A DNA stretch of 64,000 bases from an uncultured Gemmatimonadales bacterium (GTDB lineage Bacteria > Gemmatimonadota > Gemmatimonadetes > Longimicrobiales > Gaopeijiaceae): positions 448,001-512,000 of the forward strand of contig CAWGKG010000012.1 of NCBI GenBank assembly GCA_963823035.1, in the 5' to 3' direction. This document shows, one piece after another, positions 1 to 8,875 of this stretch. Position numbers and translations under genes: made by a program. Position 1 is the first letter of the stretch; every line of letters starts with the position of its first letter. A model generated the notes under the pieces. The model saw nothing but the letters and a program-made list of their open reading frames with translations. It did not search any database and had not been told where the DNA came from.

Positions 1-821
1 AGGAGACCACCCCCGAAGGCCGGGTGGCGTGGCTCCTCGCGAAGCCCTTCTCCGACAGAGCGGTGTCCACGTTCGCCCGAGAGGCGATCGACGCGTTGCA
101 GCTCGGGCAGCGCGGTCACGTGGACATGCTCGCGCTCTCCTTCTCGTCCACGGACTACGTGGGGCACGCGTTCGGGCCCTTCAGCCAGGAGCAACTCGAC
201 AACCTGGTGCGCCTCGACCACGAGCTGGGCTCGCTCTTCGACTACCTGGATGCGCACGTGGGCCGCGGCCGATGGGTGGCCGGCCTCTCCGCCGATCATG
301 GTGTGCTGACCATGCCCGAGTACCTGGTGGAGTCCGGGGAGGGTGCGGAGCGCATCGACGCGCGCACCCGACTCGGGGCCCTGGGCAAGGCGGTGCGGGA
401 CGCAGCGAGTGAGGGAGGCACCGATGAGGAGATCACCGCACGCATCGCACGCCTCGTCGAAGAGCGCGGGTTGGCCGCGAAGGCCTATACCGCCGAGGAC
501 CTCACGGTTTCGCCGGCGCCGGACTCCTTCGCGGCGCTCTTCAGAAATTCCTATTATCCAGGGAGGGCAGGGGGTTATCTTTCGGCATACGACATAGAAA
601 TCCGGTTCGGGTACCACGACCTCGTCTCGGGTGCCACGGGAACCTCGCACGGCACGCCCTACTGGAACGACCGCCACGTCCCCTTCATGCTGCTCGGGGC
701 GGGCGTTGGTCCAGGGGTGTCCGAGACGGCGGTCTACACCGTGGACCTGGCCCCGACGTTGGCTGGCCTTGTTGGCGTTCCCGTGCCGGACGATCTGGAC
801 GGAAGACGCGTCTATCGATAG
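1..821 (+). CDS. Alkaline phosphatase superfamily protein (PafA-like), 5'-truncated by window edge
   Basis: Metal-binding motifs TDYVGHAFGP, SADHG, SHGTP..DRHVP, TVDLAPT; stop at 819-821. Confidence 0.85.
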   Translation, partial: ETTPEGRVAWLLAKPFSDRAVSTFAREAIDALQLGQRGHVDMLALSFSSTDYVGHAFGPFSQEQLDNLVRLDHELGSLFDYLDAHVGRGRWVAGLSADHGVLTMPEYLVESGEGAERIDARTRLGALGKAVRDAASEGGTDEEITARIARLVEERGLAAKAYTAEDLTVSPAPDSFAALFRNSYYPGRAGGYLSAYDIEIRFGYHDLVSGATGTSHGTPYWNDRHVPFMLLGAGVGPGVSETAVYTVDLAPTLAGLVGVPVPDDLDGRRVYR

Positions 822-907
822 GTCGGTTTTTTGTGAACTATTTTCGGTGTCGGGACGTGTCCAGAACTCGTGCCGGAGCTGTGAATGGCCCGTCCTTGTT
901 GGGCTCT

Positions 908-936
908 TGACAGACTGAAGGTCGTTCCTCAGTATG
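908..936 (+). promoter_or_regulatory. Putative sigma70 promoter
   Basis: TTGACA (908-913), 17-bp spacer, CAGTAT in an AT-richer intergenic patch upstream of the 1112 gene. Confidence 0.4.
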
Positions 937-1111
937 TGGGACAATCAAGTAAACATTTGAACCGCCCACCCTGGCGTAGACGCTCGGATCGAGCTATCCG
1001 CACGCCGTCGTCGGGGACTCGGCACCCTGGACGTCGTGCCCTCCTGCCCACCACGACGAGGCATAGACGAGGCGCTACGTGCGCCGTGGCTCCGGAGTAT
1101 CCGGAAGGTTG

Positions 1112-1837
1112 ATGACCTCACCTTTGGAACATCGCGCTGGATGGACCATCCAGGAGGCCGAGAAGCTCCTGCTGTCCTTGACCGGCGTGGTTTCCGCGAG
1201 GCTCGTTACCCGCCCCGGGGGAGAGGTCGACGAAGTCCATCTCCTCACGACGGATGAGGTGACCGCGAAGCAGACGGTGAGGAACGTCGAGTCTGCGCTG
1301 CTCGCGCATCTGGGCCTCGAAGTCGATCATCGCAAGATCTCCGTGGCCCAGACCAGGGAACGCCCCGCCCCCCAACCGGAGGCGGACCCGGTACGCAGCC
1401 TTCCCGAGCGCGCGGTCGTCAGCGTGGATCGCCTGCTCTTCTACGGGCACCAGGTGGAGACCGAACGATCCCATCGGTCCCGCCACCGGGTCGAGATCGA
1501 GTGGAAGGGTGAGCGCTACTCCGGATCGGCGATCGCGGCCGATCTACCGCGCACCCGTCTCGAAGCGGTAAGCAAGGCGACGCTCGAAGCCGTGACCTCC
1601 GCGCTCTCCAGTGAGGTCGAGGCTGGCTCCGACGCCAGAGGCGTCGCCCTCGCGTTGGACGGGGTGAAGGTGGTGGACGCCTTCGATCGAAAATTCGTGT
1701 TGGTCGCGGTCAACGCCATGTCGGGGCGGGACATCACCCCCCTGGCCGGAGCGGCGGCTGTGGAGGTCTCCACGGACCGGGCCGCGATTCTCGCGACGCT
1801 GCAGGCAACGGACCGCTGGGTCCGAGGAAGGATTTGA
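1112..1837 (+). CDS. Hypothetical two-domain cytoplasmic protein, first gene of the peptide/HD-GYP cluster
   Basis: 241-aa ORF with normal codon style; N-domain ...VRNVESAL...VDHRKISVAQ, Pro-rich linker, alpha/beta C-domain. Confidence 0.75.
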   Translation: MTSPLEHRAGWTIQEAEKLLLSLTGVVSARLVTRPGGEVDEVHLLTTDEVTAKQTVRNVESALLAHLGLEVDHRKISVAQTRERPAPQPEADPVRSLPERAVVSVDRLLFYGHQVETERSHRSRHRVEIEWKGERYSGSAIAADLPRTRLEAVSKATLEAVTSALSSEVEAGSDARGVALALDGVKVVDAFDRKFVLVAVNAMSGRDITPLAGAAAVEVSTDRAAILATLQATDRWVRGRI

Positions 1838-1991
1838 CCTGGGCCTGCGGGCCCGAACGACAACCTGAAGCGGAGACAAAGGAGAACCCCCTCGGTCTGA
1901 CGGCGAAGCGAAGCTGAGCGGTAGAGCGGAGCGCTCGCGGTTTCCACAGCGAACACTCGGAAGCCGACGTTCCCCGAAAGGAGGTGAGCGC

Positions 1992-2063
1992 ATGTTCCGG
2001 ACTCTGCTGGATAGCCTGGGGGCGTTGTTCGCCCTGCTCGGTGCCGGTGTGGTGAACTGGTAG
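1992..2063 (+). CDS. Small 23-aa hydrophobic peptide MFRTLLDSLGALFALLGAGVVNW
   Basis: AAAGGAGGTGA Shine-Dalgarno at 1977-1987, ATG 1992, TAG 2061-2063; below the ORF-track size cut-off. Confidence 0.75.
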   Translation: MFRTLLDSLGALFALLGAGVVNW

Positions 2064-2091
2064 CCGCTGACTGAGGGGGCTCCTCGAACAC

Positions 2092-3532
2092 ATGAGAGCA
2101 CGGCTCGTTCACCTCTACATCGCAGCCATGGTCGCCGCTGCCGTGGCGGCGCTGGCGCTCGCCGACTGGCAGCCGCTCCTGCATCTGGGGATGGGGAGTC
2201 TGCTGGGGCTGGCCGCGTTGCTCGGGATGGCGATCGCGTCGGAATCCCTGGCGATCCGGCTCAATGTGGGCGAGACCGCCAGTAGCTCTTCGATCACCTT
2301 CATCCCGCTCCTCGCCAGCGTCCAGCTCTTCGGACCTGCTGCGGGAGTCTTGGTGATGTGCTCTGACGGATGCGTTCGGTGAATTCGTCGTGCGCCGGAA
2401 GGCACTTGAGCGGGTTGGTCTTCAACATCGCCCAAGTGACGGTCGCTGCTTCGATTGGCGGGGTGGGCGTTTACGCTACTGGGCGGCAGTGGCCCTTGAG
2501 CCCGCTTCTCGCCAGCCGAGCATCGGCAGAGCTATCTCAACGCAGCTCCTGCCGTTCATGACGTTCGCGCTGGTCTTCCTGGCGTTCAACCACATTGCTG
2601 TCTCTCTGGCGATCGCGCTGAGCCGGAGCCTGCACTTCCGCGACGTCCTGGCGCAGATGTGGGGCAACTCCGGCGCGAGCCTTCAGGATGTCCTGGTCAG
2701 CCCGATCGCGATCCTGGTCGCCTTCCTCTACGTGCAATGGGGGGTCTCGGGGATCCTGGTCGTCCTCCTTCCCCTCCTCTTCGTCAGGCGCTCGTACCTC
2801 ACGGCGGACGAGCTGCGCGCGGCGAACACGGCGCTGCTGAAGGCGCTGGTGAAGGCCATCGAGACGCGGGACCCCTATACGTCGGGCCACTCGGTGCGCG
2901 TCTCGCACCTCGCGAAGCGGATCGCCACCGGGATGGGGCTTTCGCGCGGCGCCGTGAGGGACGTCGAGACGGCCGCGCTGCTGCACGACATCGGCAAGAT
3001 CGAGGCGCCCTATACGGGAATCCTGTCGAAGACCGAGACGCTGAGCCTGAAGGAGCGGGTGATCATCCGGTCCCACGTCACCAAGGGGGAGGAGTTGCTC
3101 CGCAACCTCTCCTCCTTCCCGGAGAGCATCCTGCGCGTCGTGCGACATCACCACGAGCGCGAGGACGGTGGAGGCTATCCGGACGGCCTCAAGGGCGACG
3201 AGATTCCGATCGGAGCGAGGATCGTCGCCGTCTGCGACGCCGTCGACGCGATGCTGTCGGACCGCCCCTACCGACGGGCGCTGGCGTTGTCCGCGGTGAA
3301 CGAGCAGTTGCGCATCCACAACGGCAGCCAGTTCTCTCCTGCCGTCGTGCGGGTCCTGCTCGAGGGTTCTCTGCTCGACCAGTACGCCGATCTCGTCGAG
3401 GCGGAGCGCAGCGCCGAAGGCTACGAGGTGGCTTTCGGCGAGTTCCCGAGCCGCCGGCCGAGCGTGCAGGTCTCCTCGCGTAAGCCGTCCGCCGCCGATC
3501 AGGCCAGGTGGCTGGTCCGAGCATCGTCGTAG
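2092..3532 (+). CDS. Membrane-sensor HD-GYP cyclic-dinucleotide phosphodiesterase (frameshifted about 2360-2510)
   Basis: Multiple hydrophobic helices over ORFs 2092/2370/2390, then RDPYTSGHS, LLHDIGK, HHHERxDGGGYPDGL, CDAVDAM..DRPYR. Confidence 0.9.
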
Positions 3533-3573
3533 GCCTCCGGGCCCGCCGCGCGTCAGCTACGCGCTGCCCTGGT

Positions 3574-6500
3574 TCAGCCCAGCAGCGACTCGAGTTCGCG
3601 GCTCCACGTCTCGAAGTGCAGCCGGCGTGCCAGCGCGATGCCCTCCGCAGCCCGCGCTTCCCACCCGGCGATCCGAGCGCGGCGGCTCATCCGTACCTCC
3701 GCGATCAGCAGCTTCAGCCAGGCATTCGGCATGCGTTCGCGCAGTGTCGATGCATGTTCGCGGAGGAGGGCCACGGCGTCGCGGGTCTTGCCTCGACGCT
3801 CCAGGAGGCGTGCCCGGAAGGAGAGGAAGATGAACGGGTCGAAGTGCCAATCGTTCGGCACGAGTGACGTCTCGACCTCCCTCCGCCGTGCCTCCCCTAG
3901 GTCGCCTGCTTCGAGCGCCCCGAGGCCCACACCCGCCGCTACGATCCGCGCCATGTCGGCGGGCATCGTGTTCTCGCTCAGGATCTGCGCCGCCGCGCGG
4001 AAATGCCGAAGTGTGGATGCATACTCCCGACGCAAGAACGCCAGCTCACCGCGATTGCAGTTGACGTGGCACTGCGCGATGGCGTCCTCCGCACCAGCAA
4101 CCGTCTCCGCTGCACGCCCGAAATGAACGGCCGCCCTGTCGAAGTGACCGGCGTCCATCTGCGCTACGCCGTAGTTGGACTCCAGTTGGAAGCGCAAGAC
4201 GACATCGCCGCTTCGCTCCGCGAGCGTGCGGGCCTTGGCGATGACGCCCGACGCCTCGGTGGACTGCGAGAAGCCCATGTAGAAGAGCGCCACGAAGAGC
4301 CGCATGTGCGCGAGAAACCTGTAGTCGTCGAGTCCGTGCTGGTCGGCCAGGCGCACGGAGGTGCGTGCAGCTCGCAGCGCCTCGGTCTGGTCGCCGAAGA
4401 GCACAGCCGCGGAAAGGGCCGCATTGGCGAGACATCGTGCCCTGGGGTCGGCGCTCTCGCTGCACGCCCGGATCTCGTCGAACAACGCCCGGATCTCGGC
4501 CAACATCCCCACCCGATTCAAGAGGTGCAGCTCCGAATCGAGCGAAAGGGCCCATGCCTCGTCGTCCGGCGCGTGCTTGGCCGCCGCCTTGATGGACCGC
4601 AAGCGACGCAAGAGGTCCGCGACCGGCTTCTCGCCGAGTTCCGCGAGCCCTTCGACCCGCCGTATGTCCATGCGCAGGGCCCGACCCGGGTTGCCCACCG
4701 CCCTGAGGCGGCTCGCGGCCAGCTCGAGGAGCGGGTCGGCTTTGGCGATATCCCTCTTCATGTGAAGGACCCTGGCGAGGTCCGCCGTGGCTTCGGCCTT
4801 GAGGCGCTGGTCGGACTCGTTTTCCGTCACGACCTGGAGGAAGTGGGCGGCCTCAGCCATCGCCCCGTTCTCCAGCGCGGCGTCTGCTGCTTCCCGGCCG
4901 AAGCGTGCGGCCCGGGCGTCGTCGCCTGCGCGGCCGAAGTGGGTCGCGAGCTCTCCGGGCTGCGGCTGCTCGAGGGACAGGAGGTGCTCGGCGACCCTCC
5001 GATGGAGCACCGCCCGCCGGGTCTCTCCGAGTCGGTGATACAGCGCGCCGCGAAACAGCTCGTGGGCGATCCGCACCTGATCGCGGTCGACCACGACGAG
5101 CCTGCCCTGCTCGAGCTCCTCCACCTCCTCGATGCAGTCCTGAAGCGACGCGCCCGCCAGCGCGGCGAGGTCGGAGAGCCTCGCCCATCGACCCCAGATC
5201 GCCAGGAACGACGCGGCACGTGAGGCACGCTCGCTGAGCATATCCAGGCGAGGCTTCAGGAGCTGGCGTAGCGAGATGGGGATCGTCAGGGCGTCGCTGG
5301 GCAGCTCGGGCAGGTGGAGGTGGCCGGCCAGATAGTCCTTCGTGAGCTCGATGAGATAGAACGGGTTGCCACCGCCCAGCCGACGAAGTCGATCGGTCGT
5401 GCCTTCATCGAGCACACCGTCCGCGACCAGCGAGACGAGGAGGTTGGCATCGCGTTCGTCGAGCTCCGCGAGCGTGAGCCGGGTGACAGGAAGGTTCTCG
5501 TCACCCTCGAGGTACTTCTCCACGCCGTGGCCGCCGACCACCAGATCGGGTCGAAGGGTGCACGACCACCGCCATGGACCCGCGCTGCCATCGCCGCTGG
5601 ACGAACTGCAGGACCGCGACCGTCGTGGCGTCCGCCCACTGCAGGTCGTCGAGGAACAGGACCGTGGGCTCGTCTTCGGCGATCCGCGTGAAGAGGATCG
5701 AGAACGCGTCGTAGAGGCGTCTTGACAGGCTGCTCTCCGCGATCGGCGGCACCGCCGGGCGCTCCATGCCCTCGGGAAGGTGCGGCAGCAGGGCGGCGAT
5801 CACGGCCCTCCAGGGGTCCTCGAGGTCGCTGAGGTGACGCCCGACGTCCGGGTGCCCCAGGGCGTCGATCAGCGGGTTGAGGGGGATGTGCCGCTCGAGC
5901 TCTGCCGATCGGGCCTGGAGACATCGGAGCCCCTTGATGTGGGCCTCCCGACGCACCTCCTCCAACAGGCGGGTCTTCCCCACGCCCGAGTCGCCCTGGA
6001 TCAGAAGGAAGTGGAAGCCTCCACTCCGGAGGGCATCGAGGACGCCCCTGGCCGCCCCGAGATGCTCCTGCCTGCCGACCAGGGGCGGTGCCTTCGTGGT
6101 ATCGCGGGGCGGTCCGATCTCGCGCTCACCGGAGAGCCGCCGTACGCGCTCGATGAGCGCGCTCGTCTCCGGCTCGAGCGGCGCGCCGCCCTGCAGGCCG
6201 TCGACGAAAGCCGCGAACGCGGCCTCCGCCGCCTCGAAGCCTCCGCACATGGCCCGCGCCTCGACGACGTTTCGCAGCGCCGACTCGCTTTGTCGATCGA
6301 GCATGTGGAGGACTTCGGCCGCGTCTCGTGCGAAGCGCCAAGCGCCGTTGGGCTGATGCGTGTCCCACGCACGCGCTGCGTACTCGCGCAACTCACGGCG
6401 TAGCCGCGCCCGCTTCGCCAGCAGCCAATCGTCGTACTCCTCCCCGGGGACCCGCTTGAGGCGGCTAGCGAAGCCCCGCTCCTCGAGGGCCAGGGCCGTC

Positions 6501-6852
6501 TGCAGGCTCCCGGTCCGAAGCGCTCGCGATACTCCGCGATATCGGACGGGAGGACGTCCCACGCCGGCAGCAGCACGTCCTCTCCCGAGACGGAGATCGG
6601 GTCGAAGGAGAGCCGCCCACGGATCTCGTGGAGCAGCTGGCTGAGCCGGTGTCGACTCCGTGTGGTGTCGTCGTCCTCCCACAGGAGCCAGATCGCGCGA
6701 CGTCTGGCCAGACCCTGCCCCTCCTCGCCCCAGACCAGGGTGAGCAGCGCCTCCTGGGTGGGCGTCAGGCTCACGACCTCGTCTCGCGGGCCGCGGATCT
6801 GCGGGCCCCCGAAGAGGCTCAGGCGGGTGCCGGCGCTGTGAGGATGAACCAT
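3574..6852 (-). CDS. SARP/BTAD-AAA ATPase (STAND-like)-TPR transcriptional regulator (frameshifts about 6520 and 5550)
   Basis: N-terminal LSLFGGP...LLWE...RHRLSQLL (SARP wHTH/BTAD), Walker A GDSGVGKT, Walker B VLFLDDLQWAD, GGNPFYL, HELFR, long helical TPR-like C-terminus. Confidence 0.85.
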
Positions 6853-6970
6853 GGGTATCGAGTCTCCCTCGGCGGGAAGGGCCGACGTCGACCGCCGAAC
6901 CCGCCATAGGATGGAGACCAGGAGGGAAGGGCGAATCTTCCGTCGTCGCAGTCGCCGAGCAAGAGGCCCC

Positions 6971-7874
6971 TCACCCCACCGCTCCTTCGGATCTGGAGGG
7001 CTTCGGACGGCGAGGCAGCGTCAGCTTGCGGGCCGTGGCCGGATGGCCGGGTGCGCTCCGGCCCGGCTGAACGCCGGGCTGCAGGAAATCCACCGTGAGC
7101 TCGGGCGCGAGTCCGCCGGTTTCGGCTTCCTGCCGCAGCCACGCCTCGATGAGCCATTCCCAGCCGAAGTACATGCGCGCCTCGGTGGGGCGGTGCCCGG
7201 TGAGGCGCGCCATCTGGTTGCTCAGGGAGAAGCCGTCCGGGATAGCCGAGCTCGTATCCCACGGACAGGACGCTCTCCTCACAGTTCTGGAGCCTGATCG
7301 CCACGCGCAGGAGGCGGGCGAAGTGGAGCCAGTGGGAGGGCACGGGGAGGCCGCACGCCAGGAAGCGGCGACCGAGGGCGCGTCGCGACAGGTACATGGA
7401 TCGGGCGAGGGCGGACACGGAGCGCAGGTCGGCCGACAGCGTCACGATGCGGCGAACGAGGCGATTCATGTCCCGCTCGAGCCCGATTCCCCGCCAGCGC
7501 AGATACTCGGTGACCTCGGAGCCCAGGTCGTCGGGCGGCTGCCGAAGGACACAGGCCAGGTCCTCCGGGGTGGGAGCCTCGTGGTGGGGGAGGATGCCCT
7601 GGGGCCGCACTTCCTCCAGGAGCCGGATCAGCCCGCTGTCGCGGGACAGGTCCTCCGCGGGCGGCAGGATCACCAGGAGGGGCAGGCCTCCCGGCCGGGC
7701 GCGCACCACGCCGGCATCCTGCGGGTGGATGCCCCGTCCCATCTCCCAGACGAGCGCACAGCCGGGCCGGCGACCCTCCATCTTGAGTTGCCTGATCCCG
7801 CCACCGACCGGTCGGATGCCCTCGTAGGGAGGAGACAGCAGGCTGAGCGGTGTGGCGACGGCGGTCGACGACAT
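6971..7874 (-). CDS. AraC-family HTH regulator with atypical N-terminal domain (frameshift about 7240)
   Basis: SVSALARSMYLSRRALGRRF...RLLRVAIRL...SVGYELGYPDGFSLSNQMARLTG double-HTH pattern when frames are joined. Confidence 0.75.
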
Positions 7875-7927
7875 GGTTCCACCTCCAGGGTAGGGTCCGC
7901 GGGGGGAGGTACAGCGTGGGTCGGGGT

Positions 7928-7971
7928 CGTCAGGACTCCGTCAGGACCGAGGCCCTGACGGGATGCTGATT
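7928..7971. promoter_or_regulatory. Putative operator: two 11-bp-spaced direct-repeat pairs in inverted orientation
   Basis: CGTCAGGAC at 7928 and 7939; CTGACG at 7955 and CTGATT at 7966. Confidence 0.5.
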
Positions 7972-8071
7972 CAGACGGCGCAAAGAGCGGGGCGCCCGGG
8001 TCGTACGAACTCCGCGATGGGACCGGATGTGCGCGGAGACCTTGTGCAACAACGTCTATTCCCCTAGATAC

Positions 8072-8085
8072 AGAATCAGAATTCT
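8072..8085. promoter_or_regulatory. Putative TetR operator
   Basis: AGAAT-caga-ATTCT inverted repeat in an AT-rich patch just upstream of the TetR start. Confidence 0.4.
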
Positions 8086-8102
8086 ATTCCTATCGAGGCG
8101 GC

Positions 8103-8769
8103 ATGGCCGACGCGATCGACCCACGTCAACGCTCCCAAGCAGGATCGCTCCAGACGCACGCTCGAGCGCATCGTCAGGGCTTCGCTCCACATCCTGGAGT
8201 CCGAGGGCCCGGGGGCTCTCACGATCCAGTCGATCGTGGACCGGGCGGGCTCCTCGGTGGGCTCCTTCTATGCCCGCTTCGCTGGGAAGGAGGAGCTGCT
8301 GGATTACCTGGGGGAGCGGATATGGCGGGAGGCCGCGGTGCGCTGGGACGAGGTGCTCTCTTCGCGGGACTGGAGTGGGCTCGACCTCGGTCAGATGGTC
8401 GAGGGCGCCGTCCGCCTGCTGGGAGAGGCGGGCAGCTCACGGGCGTCCTCGCTCAAGGCCCTCGAGCAGGCACCCGGCGCCCGTGACGATGCCTACCTCT
8501 CGTTCCACACGCACGTGATCTCGGGACTCGAGCGGATGCTGCTGGCGCGCTCGGACGAGATGGCGCACCCCGACCCCCCGGTAGCGGTCCCGCTGGGGCT
8601 GCGCGCGGCGCTCGCCGTCCTGGAAGGTCGGCGGCCGGAGGTCGGGGATCCTCTGCCGAAGGAGCGGCGTATGGAGGAGGCTTCGAAGATGCTGATGTCG
8701 TATCTGGCGGGTGCGGCGCGGGGCCCGACCGGATTGCGGGATGTCGACTTCTTCGACATCTGGGGTTGA
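8103..8769 (+). CDS. TetR/AcrR family regulator (1-bp frameshift near the start)
   Basis: PKQDRSRRTLERIVRA...LTIQSIVDRAGSSVGSFYARFAGKEELL HTH in the frame of ORF 8236; ATG 8103 lies in the adjacent frame. Confidence 0.85.
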
Positions 8770-8875
8770 GCGGGGGTGGACATCGCCGAGGGGTGGAGGT
8801 CGTATTCTTGTTCGACGTGAGCGCGGGACGGGTCTCATCTCGCGGATTCTGGCCATCGATGAAGGCGGACTGGGC

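Noticed and set aside
885..1112. 75-aa ORF upstream of the 1112 gene
   Set aside because: No RBS, atypical composition, and it spans the predicted promoter
1878..1917. Second small ORF behind the AAAGGAGA SD-like sequence
   Set aside because: No ATG/GTG/TTG at a usable distance; the nearest CTG gives only six codons
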